From NCBI GenBank assembly GCA_963693365.1, contig CAVNZM010000017.1, positions 2,223,527 to 2,287,526 of the forward strand: a DNA stretch of 64,000 nucleotides, written 5' to 3'. This DNA is from Amoebidium appalachense (lineage: Eukaryota > Protista > Ichthyosporea). Below the pieces are notes generated by a model, which saw only the letters and a list, made by a program, of their open reading frames with translations, was not told the DNA's origin and made no database searches. The translations under genes and the position numbers were made by a program. Positions 1-45,892 of this stretch are shown one piece after another. The number at the start of each line of letters is the position of its first letter. Position 1 is the stretch's first letter.

Positions 1-2
1 CC

Positions 3-71
3 GGAGAGGATGGCACAAGCGCACCGGCAAAACCGGGAGCATCACTCACAGACAACTTGCTCAATTTGTAA
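3..71 (+). CDS. Possible terminal exon fragment of a gene entering from the left window edge
   Basis: Frame 3 reads GEDGTSAPAKPGASLTDNLLNL-TAA and is followed by T-rich UTR-like sequence. No family recognised. Confidence 0.3.
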   Translation, partial: GEDGTSAPAKPGASLTDNLLNL

Positions 72-318
72 CTGCTTATTTTTTTTTCAATTTTCGAAAA
101 TATTTTTCGTTAAAGGCCGATAAGTGTTTGTGGTGACGTCTCAAGTGGCGACTGATTTTCTCATTAATGGGTGCTTCCACGTATGATTCTGCTTTTTTGC
201 TTTTTTCTTGGTTTTTTTTTTTGTTGTTGTTGTTGTTGTTGGAATGTTTTTTTGTTTTTGTTTTTTTTTTCCCGGGGGGTGGGTGGTGGTGGTGGTGGTG
301 TGTGTGTGTGTACGTGTA

Positions 319-362
<44 letters not shown>

Positions 363-524
363 ATCAGCTATATGGTAACAGCACACACACATGTATGCAC
401 GTACAGCAATTTACACATCCACATACGGATATAAAAGAACACCCATGCAAAATCGTAATTCAAGGGCTCGTACACATGCACACACAAGGCGCGCGCAGAC
501 AGACACACACACAAACAAACACAA

Positions 525-626
<102 letters not shown>

Positions 627-709
627 TGGCACACACATACACGCACGCACACACACACACATATACCGTACACACACACACACACACACACACACAACAC
701 GCACACGCG

Positions 710-789
<80 letters not shown>

Positions 790-2078
790 GAGCAGCAGCA
801 GTAGTCGGGCACCGTGATATCTGTTTTGAATGCTTTTATCTCGACAATTGGGATGTAATTTGTAACGAGGGGGAAGTACCTACAATATAAAAAGGATGGT
901 ATACGCTGTATCTTGCTATTTATGAATGATCGAGAATGTCGAAAATTCTCTCTGGAAAACGCGATGAAGTACTAGAGAATTTCGAATTATGTGCAAAAAT
1001 AAACTCTGATCACGGTTGCGAAAAAAGCAAGTGACATGCGGCTTCTTTGGGCGAATTGGTGTACATTACAGTAACGTCTATTTTGGCAATCCTCCTGCCC
1101 GGCATGTGCGGAATACGTGTGGATATGGGGTGTTTTGCCCACGGCTGTTCACGTCCTGGTGTGGTCTCATGGTTATAAATGGTTGTAAGTTTGGAAGTGA
1201 TGGCAGGCTTCATGCTGCTGAATGCCTGGGTCTCCATACATGTCCGTAACAATAAAAAGTACGTGCCCCCCCCCCCCCTCCCGTTTCCCTTAACCCCTCC
1301 CCCCCAATACCCACACACACACGCACGTGTTTCTCCAGGATTCCTTAATATGGCAACTGCGGAGATGGGGGGGGGGGGGGGGGGGGGGGGGGCAAAAATT
1401 AGTGTCATTCCAATCTTTCCAATGCTATTCTATTGATATTAGGGTCATACATTATTCCTACTTTTTTTCTTTGTTTTATAATAAATCACACCATTTGAAA
1501 TATCGTTCTTTCCCGGAGATCTCACAATAAAATTAATTTTCGTCTTCTGCATGTTTTCCAATCCCGGCCCCGGGAGCTTTGGGACATGAGTAGGTAGGTG
1601 GTACCCGTAGGTGGATGGATAGACGGTTCGGTTAAAAATATTAACGTTAGGAAGGTTTCTAATCCATGTACTTGTGAATTTTGCTGATATGATATATACA
1701 TGCATATAAAGAAATTAAACGAAGCAAAAAAGTAGGAATATATGGTTATATATACATAGATGTGAAAGAACTAATAAAGTAGGAATATATGATCATATAT
1801 ACATGCATATAAAGCAACTAAAAAATTAGGAATATGGTGGCACAACTGTTGCAGATGTACGCAACTGTAGAGCCGCGCGCCGATAAACCACTCATCAGCA
1901 AATCTCTTTTTCAGGTGGCCTTTCAGTCTGAGCCTTCTCCTCCCCCCCCCCCCCCCCCCCCCGGGGGCTCCTCCTCTCTCCCCCTCCTCCCTCCCCCCCT
2001 CCCCCTGGGCCCCTCAGAACCCCCCCTCCTCCTCCCTTTCTTCTCCTTTTTTTATGGTGTATGTGTACGTGTGTGTGT

Positions 2079-2110
<32 letters not shown>

Positions 2111-2455
2111 GGGGGGGGGGGGTGGGGGCGGGGAAGGGGGTGGAAGGGGGGGGGGGGGGGGGAGGGAGGGGGGGGAGGGGGGGGCTGTTTAAGAGAAGGA
2201 AGAGAAGCTTTTTTTGTAGGGGGAAGGGAGGGGGGAGGAGGTTGGGAGCGGGTGGAGGGGAAAGGAGGGCTCATTCGAAGGGGAGAAGGGTGTTGGGGGG
2301 ATAAACGACATAATGGGAGCTTCCTTCAGTCTGTACGTTAAACTTCATTGCATCTTGACCGTTTTTGTTTTTGTGTTTGTGTGGATGTGCACGCACGCTC
2401 ACGCACGCTCACGCACGTGTGCGGTAGTATGCAGTGGTCGCAATTGGGGTGGAGT

Positions 2456-2496
<41 letters not shown>

Positions 2497-2499
<3 letters not shown>

Positions 2500-2645
2500 T
2501 GATGCGTCATTTGTACGAAGTACACATGAGCAACGGATAACACCATGCAGAGTGCAAACCATACATAAAGAGTATGCATAATAAGCAGAGCCCATCCTCG
2601 CAAGTTTAAGTATGCAGGCAAGGGCAGTGGGAAAGGCCGGGGGTG
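2497..2645 (-). mobile_element. Poly(C)-anchored retroposon family, internally deleted copy
   Basis: Matches the 3' ~100 nt of the 62547-63093 copy plus its TATGCAGGCAAGGGCAGTGGGAAAGGCC segment. G runs on both sides (+ strand). Confidence 0.7.
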
Positions 2646-2705
2646 TTGGGGGGAGGGGGAGTGGGGAGGGGAGAAAGGGCGAGGGGGGGGGGGGGGGGGG
2701 GGGGG

Positions 2706-3253
2706 TTGAATGCGTCAAAAAGTACGAAGTACACAAGAACAAACGGATAACACGATGCAGAATGCAAGCCATACATAAAGTGTATGCATAATAACCAGAG
2801 CCCATCCTCAGGGGGGGCCCACGTCATCCACAGTACCCGAGTTTCGACCTATTCCTCTCGTTAACGAAGCCCAACTCAGATACTGTTTCACTTGAACATG
2901 AGTAGGTCACCCGTCTTGCTCAGAGACGAGCAGGGTTGCTTATGCAGGCAAGGCCAGTGGGAAAGGCCGGGGGTTAAAGTTGCAGCAGTAAGCAGAAGCA
3001 AGAAAAATATAGACAGGAACTCAGGAGACGGGGCTTCTAGGAAGCTCCCCCGCCGATACCTAAGTTGATACTTCCCTGGCTAACATACTACACCAGATGA
3101 AAAGAATTAAGTCCCGAAGGCCGCAGAATTCGCAATCAGACGGGAAAATATGAGATTTGACCCACGCCGCAGGGTAGTAATACGCTTACTAGGGCGGAAC
3201 TTTATCGTCTTCGAACGGAATGCTATGCCCCCGGATGTCAGCCGGAAATATGG
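2706..3253 (-). mobile_element. Poly(C)-anchored retroposon family, long copy (may extend beyond 3253)
   Basis: Near-identical to 62547-63093 over ~550 nt. Starts TTGAATGCGTCAAAAAGTACG directly after a G run on the + strand. Confidence 0.85.
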
Positions 3254-3505
3254 TATCACCCATTGCTTTGGGCTTGAAAAAAGCCAAACCTATAGTCCGA
3301 GTTATGTTACGCCGGCAGGTAACATGCCGCATGGGTTCCAAGGGAGCTGTCGCCAACAGAGCGGTGTGTGCATGCGTGCGCGTAACGCAATGTGTGAAGT
3401 GTGTCTATAGCTATGAAAGGGGGTATGCAGAAGTGGACAGATGAAGTGTGTGGAGAGAAAAACAGTGAGAAGAAAAGTAGACACCGGTATGTGCAACCCC
3501 GCCCA

Positions 3506-3542
<37 letters not shown>

Positions 3543-3602
3543 TAAGCGAAGATTACAGGTAATCAACCAGAATAACAAATGACAAGCAAAACAACAGGCG
3601 CC

Positions 3603-3701
<99 letters not shown>

Positions 3702-4161
3702 AGGGTTATTAGCCGACTTGACAAGTCATCACCTTCATGAACCACACATACACCTTTCTTCATGAACCAGTCGTACACAGCCTTGGGTAAACATTATTCG
3801 ATGAAGAAACAAGAGTTTATTATCGCTTTGAGCATGTACGATCGTAAGAGTCGAGATATATTTTACATAGAATGTATATACCAGTATACATGTGCTATGC
3901 TACAGCCCAATGATACCCATCTAACGATTTGAAAAATATGTAAATATCTACAGAATATGCAACATGATTTGAAATACAAGTAGTTACACAGCACATGTAA
4001 CCGTTGATAATGTACAATAATTCTCTCTCTGTTACAAGATTGAAACGGGCAAAAAAGGGACATTCTGAAGGTTTTCACGATTAAAATTCGAAAAACACCA
4101 TTCGAAAACAGCCATACAGCTAGACTTCGTACAGAAAACCCAAACACACAAACAAAAATAT

Positions 4162-5754
4162 CTACCAATCATATACCGAAACCTCCCATCTATGAATCGG
4201 TGCCCGCTCCTTCAGCCCCATAGACGTTCTCCCTGGATCAACGGTAGATTTGTGACCCACGTCCGGGATAAAAAGATTTGGATATGCAACCCTGACTATA
4301 TGCCCAATTTCACTTAGATAACTGAATATATGATCAAACGGTTTTGCATTGTCCGACTCGAGCCACGAGATAATACTTTGATATACAGACCGGTGATACA
4401 TCCCTGCAAAAGAACCCACACTGAACCGATTCGCATTGTAACACATCGACAACACGTTAAGCTTTTCAAATTTACCGGGTTTTCCATTCCGGTTTTTCCG
4501 TTGAACAGTCATCACCTGGCTGTTATTCTTCCTGTCCTGGTCAATCATTTTCCATCCCCCGTACCATGCGCCAAACCTCGGGTATGTCCCGTTCACCCAT
4601 ACCGTCCCCCCAAACATAACTATCCCACCCTCATTTTCCGTCCACATATGCCCCGAACACCTCTTATCTCCCATCAACATTTTATACGCCTGCACAAAAT
4701 TCTTCCGCGGTTTCGCATCGTCATCCACGATAATGATCCGTTCGAGGCTTTCGTTTTTCGCATATTCAAACAGCCGCTTCATCGTGTCGCGGTATCCCAG
4801 CTCGCCCGGTTTCAAGGTCCCCTTGGCGTCCGCAAACACCAATTTCCCGTTCGTGCCGATAAACCGATTGATACTTGTTAACCCCGCCTTGACAAGTAGA
4901 TTCCGCGCGGCTGCATACCCCGCCAATCCCTCGTCACTATCTAGACTCAAAACAAAAACCGGGACATCCAGATTCGGTTCCCTTGTCGGATCAACAGGGG
5001 CACATTCGGGTAGAAAAACCGACCCGTTTGTGATTTGGAGCTGGGCCGAAGGGCTGTTAACACACGAGCCCTTAATCTGACTTTGCGCCGAACGGCATTC
5101 CCGTTTTTGCATCGAAACGTCGCATTTCGCCGACGCGAACGGCGGCCGCATGTTGAATTTCGACTGGCGGTGGAAAAGGGTTAAACTTTCGATCGACTTA
5201 AAAGGGTGCACGAAAACCGACTCGAACGTCGACGTAGGGGGCGCCGTGGGAAAATCCATTGCCAACTGTTTGTTCTCATTCCATTCCATTCCGTGTATGG
5301 AACCATCCGGAATATGCCAGTACATATTCGTCACGGGGACGGGAGAATATCTGCACCCTACACGCATGTGCCGATGAACACACCTACCCATCTCCGTATC
5401 TGAATGGTTGGATTTCACGTTGTCAACACAATCTGAAACAAACCTCTCGCCGATTTTTTCGACGGCGGAACGAGAAATAAAATATCCCATGCCGAGACAA
5501 TACGGTTGCTTGATGCCCAAAAGCGGACGCTCTTCGGGGAGGCCCCATCCGATTGTCCCAAAATAGTGAGGCGGATTAGCCATATTTGGAAGTCGGTTCG
5601 ATATGAGGGTGTGGAGTTGGCGGGCGTTCACGTATGTGTCTGCGTCGATTTTTGCAAACCATTGGTACTGGCCTGGGTGACGGTAGAGACGGTCCCACAG
5701 CCCAAATACCTGTTGAAGAATTGCGTGCGTGAGTAGATGTGTGTGTGTGTATGT

Positions 5755-5805
<51 letters not shown>

Positions 5806-6324
5806 CCAATGTGCGTGAGTGCCGGCCTGTGTGCCAGCCTGTGTGCGTGCGTGTGTGCAAAATTTTTAAAGGGGTACTAAAACACATTACTCAGTGCGGA
5901 GTACACGACAGTTCCCGTAGGACTACACACTGTCTTTACCGACAGCAAACAGCAAGCACAATGAAAGATGGCTCTTTTTTTGTTGTGTGTGTATCTTGTT
6001 TTCCTTGCTGTTTTATATATTTTTTTTTCCATCGGGGGGAGGGGGGTGGGGGGGGGTTTGAATGCGTCATAAACTACGAAGTACACAAGAACAACGGATA
6101 ACACGATGCAGAATGCAAACCATACATGAGAGTATGCATAATAAGCAGAGCCCATCCTCAGGGGGGGCCCACGTCGTCCACAGTACCCGAGTTTCGACCT
6201 ATTCACCTCGTTAACGAAACCCAACTCAGATACTGTTTCATTTGAACATGGGTAGGTCACCCGTCTTGATCAGAGACGAGCAGGGTTGCTTATGCAGGCA
6301 AGGGCAGTAGGAAAGGCCGGGGGG

Positions 6325-6375
<51 letters not shown>

Positions 6376-6506
6376 TCCTGAAAAATAAGGTTTAGCAGTC
6401 CACCTGTGTGTGCGCGTGTGCGTGCGTGCGTGCGTGCAAGTGTGTGTGCGTGTGTGTGCGTGTGTGTATGTGAAACACACAACACACAAAACGTACGGGA
6501 ACACAA

Positions 6507-6544
<38 letters not shown>

Positions 6545-6591
6545 CAGGAGAAGGAGGGGGGGAGGGGGCGGGGGGGGGGGGGGGGGGGGGG

Positions 6592-6628
<37 letters not shown>

Positions 6629-7173
6629 ATACAAACCTTGCGCAAAGGCGGGTAGTCGTCTTCAACTTCCAACTGCACTAGCCGGTCGCCAAAAGCAGCA
6701 ACCGAAGAAGGAGGAACGTCGCCTCTACCCACAAAGAAGAACACATCGCATACCTTTTCAACATCCGGAACCCATGTTTGTAATGCGGCGAGTGAAATAG
6801 TTTCCAGAAGACGAACGGAAGATGCCACCGCAAGGACGCATGACTTTACACCAGTAGGGAGATTTTCGGAGGAAAATTCATTTTCCGATGACACGATGTC
6901 AATGTTCTTCAAGTTGTCCGGGGAAGTAGATTCATCAAGTTGTGAGAAGGCATGCAGGGCCTTCTTACCACCATCTTGCCCCCCGGTCGCTTCATTTTCG
7001 TTTTGTGAAGCGTGGAATTCCGTTACGAACTTGACAGAAAGGTTTGTTGTCTTTCCTGCAGCCCACATGCACAAAAATAAAACAAAGCAAGAGAAAACGC
7101 CTGCTATCAACACCCGCTGCTTCCCGAAACTAGATGGCTTTCGTTTTGACTTTAGCGAAAACATCGTGAACAT
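4162..7173 (-). CDS. Type II membrane glycosyltransferase with an N-terminal GT31/chondroitin-synthase-like domain and a C-terminal GT25-like domain (~694 aa, 2 exons)
   Basis: Exons 7173-6637 and 5709-4162, phase-0 GT-AG intron. Short basic tail plus TM helix (VLIAGVFSCFVLFLCMWAA). The splice joins EDDYPPLRK|VFGLWDRLY...YQWFAKIDADTYVN (CHSY-like YPP and DxD motifs), followed by YCLGMGYFISR and SDTEMGRC. Second domain: VFVLSL...RFIGTNG...LKPGELGY...IIIVDDDA, the GT25 pattern. Confidence 0.8.
6057..6326 (-). mobile_element. Poly(C)-anchored retroposon family, ~270-nt 5'-truncated copy in the glycosyltransferase intron
   Basis: Same fixed end (TTTGAATGCGTCA on +). Breaks near the internal GGCCGGGGGTT, with G runs on both flanks. 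Confidence 0.85.
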
Positions 7174-9606
7174 GAGATGATTTAAATTGAATGAAAGTGA
7201 ACTTGTGTTAGCTTAAAAACTTCTTGTCACCCTAAGACCATTCCAAATATGGTGGGCTTCTCACCTTCTCAAGAAAAACTTTTGTTAAATGTAACCTTAG
7301 ATGCCGTTGACCAGGCACGCACAACAAGAGCAAGAAAGAAATCACCAAATACTCAATCACATGAAGGCTGTGCCACTAATTCGCGAAGAAAACGCCTTTT
7401 CAGATTGGGAAACTATATTAAAAAACGTTTTTCTACGACCACACACTCGTATGTATCTTAGAAAATCTGACAAGCAAGATTGGTTTTGGTTCATTTGGTT
7501 AATTACCAGCTTGTGAATCAGATGAGAGTCAACCGAATCTTGTCAACATGAACTAGACACACAGTGCATCATGGTGCTGACAGCTCACTGACTTTTCTGG
7601 TGGCTCAAAATGAACCCTTTTGACTAATGGTCATGACACAAACAGCTTGCGCCGCTTTTATAGCAAGTACACGTTCTCACGTTGCTCGTGAATGCCATGC
7701 ATGTGTGTTTTACCAGCAAGAGCAGAGATCTATTCGTCAGCGAAATAAATTCCCTAGCTATCATCAGATCACACATCCTGGTAATTTTCCAAAAATGTTA
7801 TCTTAAACGAATTGTACAATTAACGTAAAGTAATTTGGCCGAGACATCTTCTCAATATCATAAATGTCTAAGAAGAATGGCACTTGAGCCAGCAAAACAA
7901 ACGTACCTGTTAACAAATAAAGGACAAATAATGAACAAATAAAGGTTGGTACTGTCCGCGAAACCCTGCTGCGTCGAGGTTCGAGAAAGGGTGAACAAAA
8001 AATTTCGAGCTAAGTGGTAGATATTTGAGAATTTACTGAGGTTCTAGGATACGTTTACCACCAGGGCTATCGATAGATCACTTGGTGACGCCCCCCGGGG
8101 GGGATTCTACAGAAATGCCAACCATCTCATTATTGTAATACTAAAGTAGCTCAACATACGACAGAGCTATTATATTGGGCAGGGGAAATAAACCATAAAA
8201 ACAAACAAATAAGTTTAAAAATCAAAATATCATAAAAATTTGTATTAATAAAGTGAAATATTGCTAGGAAGACTTCTGGAAGAAATTTTATTGTTAAAGA
8301 GCCCCCCGCTGCAGAGCATAATCGATGGAGACATGGATAGTGCAGCTATCACCCTATGCGGATGTGCATGATACTTCACCAAAACGCAGCAAAGGGAGCC
8401 ACGAACTTTATTTTTGCCTACTCCAATAGGTATATTGATCATTGTTATTTATGCATCGCCTATAACTGCATATGTACTGGTATAAGGCCCTGATACCGTG
8501 ACGGACCGCCTAGCGAAGCAAGGAAACTTTGAAAGGTTGCCAAGAGCTCAAGGTTAGGGGGATTCAGATTTTCCGGGTGGTTAGCAATATCCTAGCTCAT
8601 GCGTGTACCTGCAAGTGTTCATGTGTTTTGGACCTTCAGTAAATGAAGTCCAATTTGATAATACTATAAAAATAGAAGCTATATAAGATATCTGACTTGT
8701 TGTTGCAACCAGTACTCAAAGTGTGGCTATACCGAGCCACGTACGGTACGCGCCTTGGCCCCCGCAGCCGGCCGCGGCCTGCCCGGGTGACCGGGTCCCC
8801 GGGACGTGGGCCAGGATTCCTTAATGTCCAATCAGATGCTGGTATGAAAGGTGAACCAATCAAGAGTTTGCAATTCCCGGCAACAGACTTCAACAGATGC
8901 CCCGATGATTGGCTAGAGTCGCATCAATAGAAACTCCCTATACTCCTATGTGTGTAGGCAATCGTATGTACACAACCAAACTGCTTCTCTTAACTTTTTT
9001 TTTGACTTTCCTCTCTTTTTTTTCTTGTGACTTTGTACGACTATTCATTTTAAAAATTGAAGCTAGAAACTATTCCGTTACAGTCATATGAATGCAAGTA
9101 GTCTTCTATAGATTCAAAACCCAAAGAAATGCACATATTTTTAGTGTGGACTCATTTTTCAAAATCCAAAATCTACAATAGGTATGGCAATGATTGGAAA
9201 ACGAATCCGGCGATTATCCGATCATCATGGCAGTCGCCTGTTTATCTATTTTTTTGGTAGGAGGCGGTCACCCACCCACCCACACACACACACGCACACA
9301 CACACACACACAGTGTCACACGCGCGCGCACACACATACGGTGTCACACACACACACACACACACACACACAACCAGCGGCCGCTGGTCACCTCTCTTGA
9401 TTGATAAATGCTGAAGGGGCAAAATATGAGCAAACCCGCCCCTGTCCTGATGCCTATCAAATAGCAAATTGGCCTGAAAGAACCCCGAGACAGTCACGCG
9501 GGTCCATGCGTGCGTGTGGATGTACATGTCTCGAGCTGTGTGCCATGGATGTGCGTGTGTGTGCACAATACATACCAGCTGATACCGAGTGTCCCGAGGG
9601 GAGCCC

Positions 9607-9649
<43 letters not shown>

Positions 9650-10523
9650 GGGGAACCCCAACTAATTGATTTCTCCTTGTAGTCTTTATGGTGTCTCGTA
9701 GAGAAAGTAAACCCTGATATATAGTCACCACCCGACATCTATGTACGTGATCATGATATACCGCTGAGGGGATATTCCGAGCAAAACCCCCCCCCCATAC
9801 CTGAGACTGGTTCTCTTTGCCTCGAGTAAACAGCGTAAACCCCCAATACATATACCTGCATTTCCGTAGCCATATTGCATTAGTATGAGTCCAGCTCATA
9901 TCCGAATAGGGGGTCGAGGTGATTGGTGCCACAGGGTGTTTCCCCTACCTCTGCCCATAATACCTGCCGCACACCGAAAATTAATAAAATTTAGCCGTTG
10001 AATTTCTTTTTCACACACAAATCAACCGACAACCTCGATCAACACGAGGTAATAATAATTCGAAATAGCAGGAAAACTTCTGTTAATACTACTGATGCCC
10101 GAAGGCTTGCAAAGAGGGGAGGGGGCAGGGGGGGAATGACAAACGAAACAGAAAGATAAGAGCCAGACAACAAGCAAAGACGGAAGGAAAGCATGCCGTT
10201 ACATTACACAAGCAATCATCATTTGTAACATAGCCAATGTACATTTTCTTTAAGTCCATATATGCCCTTCAATGCGAAAGATTGGCCGAAAGGAAACAAA
10301 CAAACAAAACAAACAAAACAAACAAAACAAACAAAAACCGAGTGCACCCAAATTCACAATCACCGTTGAGTCTAGAATAACACTTCGACAACGAACTCTC
10401 AGTCTCCGTATGAACAACGAACATTCACAATCCCTCCTTGTCTGAGCCTCTGATAGTAATTAATCTTGGGCATAACACCGAACAGTGTAAGTAACAACAG
10501 ACATACCAAACAGACAACGTACA

Positions 10524-28419
<17,896 letters not shown>

Positions 28420-29311
28420 TTTCGTTGGCTAATCCCTGCAGCTTGGTTCTTCCCTTTCTCTCTTTCTGGGCCCCCAAGAGGCCGGAGTCGTGTCTACCTC
28501 TTTCCTCCTTTGAGGAATCAGAGAGGGAGGAAGTATTCGAAAACGTCAAGATATGAAGCTCAATCGGGCCAGCGGATGCTACTATATTTAGCTGCTGAGC
28601 TAACAAAGAGAGCTAAACATAACTGCATGATGACATCACATGAGCCACACAGATCGGGCGATCAGATATCGATCGCACGTTGGCTTGTGTCAGGTTCCCG
28701 GGGCCCGTTTGCAAACGTTTGCTGCTGAGTCGTGACAACTAAGTTTTTCAGCGACTCATTTCGGCCCTTTGGTGGATGGCGTTATTATGGTTTTTTCGAT
28801 GATATAAAACGAACAGGAAAAAAAGAAAAGAAAAAGAAGAAAGAGGCGTGAAAGGGCTGTGCCGAGTTCCTGTGTGTATCTTCTCTCTTGTGATTTGGCT
28901 TTTGCGTCTGGACTCGCTCCTGTTTACGGGCTTGGTTGGGCTCAGTTTCAATACGATACGCCTTTTTGCTAAAACCTGGTGTACATGTAGTTTTTGTATT
29001 TAAGTAGCTACGTTTTGCATGCGTAAGTTTTGAAGCCTTCTTTATAAAGTTGCCGTCACACAAGTTTAGTGGATTTCGCGGTAATACATCGTAAAAGGGT
29101 GTTCGTGACACATAACACCAACGTTTGTTGGGTCACTGGATTTTTGCTGTGCTTCGGGTCTAGTATTGCGTCCTTGGCTATAGTACTACCCGTAGCTTCC
29201 CATGCTAGTTAGCATTTCTAACTAGGTTCCTTGATATGCTTCTCTTGGCCCATTCATTCACAACATAGACGCACATTTAGCTTGCCAAGTGCAAGTCAAG
29301 AAACTTCGAAG
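28420..29311. promoter_or_regulatory. Probable bidirectional promoter/5'UTR region between EIF2B5 and PCF11
   Basis: Divergent start codons ~890 bp apart. The region lacks the microsatellites that fill the introns. Confidence 0.55.
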
Positions 29312-43945
<14,634 letters not shown>

Positions 43946-44350
43946 TTTCGCACCCTGGCCGGCCCAGGAGAAAAGATTTTGGGGAAAAAAAAATTTAATG
44001 ACGACGAAAGAGGGTGAAGAGTAGAAAGGAATGATATTTGAAACGGGATTCAACGAGTAGTGTAAGGGTTGTATGTGTACATGTGAGATTATGATATGAG
44101 AATTGATAGTTTGTAAGTAAAAGGATGAAATCATTTAGTCGAATATTTTGTAAAATTTGACCTGGATTCATTCTTCTTGTTCAGCTCTGGCAGCAAAGAT
44201 GGCGAATATGTCGACGAATAAATGACGATAAATGAAATTGTTGTCACAGTGTCGCCCAGATGGCCGACTTCTGAGGCTTCGACCCCCCCCCGTTTCCCCC
44301 TCCCCACCCCACCCACCTACCTCCACTCCACCCCACTCCGCCCCTCACCC

Positions 44351-44385
<35 letters not shown>

Positions 44386-44902
44386 CACCCCGCCGGCCCA
44401 CAACCACCACTTACCCACCCACCCACACCCTCTCTCTTCAAACCCCTTCTAGAAATTTCTCACACCTCCCAGCTTCAGAGCTTTTCCATCTACCTTTTGC
44501 CCTTTCTCTCCGACTGTCCCCCATCTCTGTGGATCCGGAGACACGTGCATGCGCACGTGTGCACACGCACACACACACACACACAAACACACACAACACA
44601 CACACACACACACAGAATTGACGGGTGCCACGGTGGGTCCCGGGCCGGGGGGGACAGGGGAGAGGGGTGGGGGGGGGGGGGGGGGGGGGGGTAAAGAGAG
44701 GGAATTATTGAGGGAAGCAAAAACTTGTATGGCAACCATGTGAGCAGCCATGGCACCTGCAGTGCCCGATCTCACCATGTTGTGATCATAGGCGGAGGCA
44801 TAATCGTAGGCGTAGGCGCACATTCGGACGTACAGTATGACGTCCCAGCCCCGCCACGTACTCGGTGATACAATTAGAGAGACCGAGACTCTAGTGTAGA
44901 GG

Positions 44903-44934
<32 letters not shown>

Positions 44935-45182
44935 CTATTAGGGGGGGGGAGAGGGAGGGAGAGGGAGTCTCAGATAAAGAGAGTGGGGGAGAGAGAGAGA
45001 GAGTGAGAGCTATTAGGGGGGGAGAGAGGGAGGGAGAGGGAGTCTTAGAGAAAGAGAGTGGAGGAGAGAGAGGCGCGGAAGCTCGAGGGAGGGGGGGGAA
45101 GAGAGAGACAGAGCGAAGGGGGGGGGGGAGGGGGGGGGGAGAGACTAGAGAAGAGAGAGAGAGAGAGAGGGAGAGAGGGAGA

Positions 45183-45223
<41 letters not shown>

Positions 45224-45365
45224 ACCATTTGTGTATGCCATGTGAGAGAGAGCGTGTGTATCAATAACTCGAATTCGTGTGTGTGAGAGAGTGTGTGTAT
45301 GACTTTGTTGATTTTCGACAGCTCCCCGGGGGGAGAAAGGGGGGGGGGGGGGGGGGGGGGGGGAA

Positions 45366-45406
<41 letters not shown>

Positions 45407-45892
45407 GGACAATGTGTACAGTAAATGTTAGTCTTTGTGGGGAAGCAGCTGGCGCTTCCTTGGCCGCCAGTGTGCCTTTATTAAAACTTTGGCAATATTA
45501 ATAACAGTGGCACATTTGCAGGCTGCATTTATTTCAGTAGACAGACCATCAGCCAGGCTGATATTCAATATTATATTTTCAGGTAACGTTCTGGGTGCCA
45601 GAATTCAGTCTAAAGCTAAATATGATTAAGACGAGTATCATACTACATTGTCCTGTCTTCTCGGAAAGGGGAAATTCTGTGGCAGGCACCAGGCCATTAA
45701 GTGTCGTAACCGCAGTGCAGGATCATACTTCTGAGCATTCGTCAAACTAGAATGGTCTGTGAACTTGCTATGCATTCATGGCGCATGGTCACAGCTAACT
45801 GTTACTTTCGAAATTGTGCTGCCTCAGATCATGGTGATGACTTTGTGTGTCTAACTCATGGTAACACTGCTGCTTCAAATCATGTCGGGTTT

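Noticed and set aside
3790-3800. In-frame TAA suggesting a reassigned stop codon
   Set aside because: The well-supported genes end in TAG, TAA or TGA and have no internal stops, so the standard code fits.
4330-5480. + strand ORFs overlapping the glycosyltransferase
   Set aside because: Antisense shadows with no recognisable motifs.
44131-44890. Possible minus-strand exons (CAYAYDYASAYDHNM; VEASEVGHLG...)
   Set aside because: No recognisable homology and no consistent splice model.
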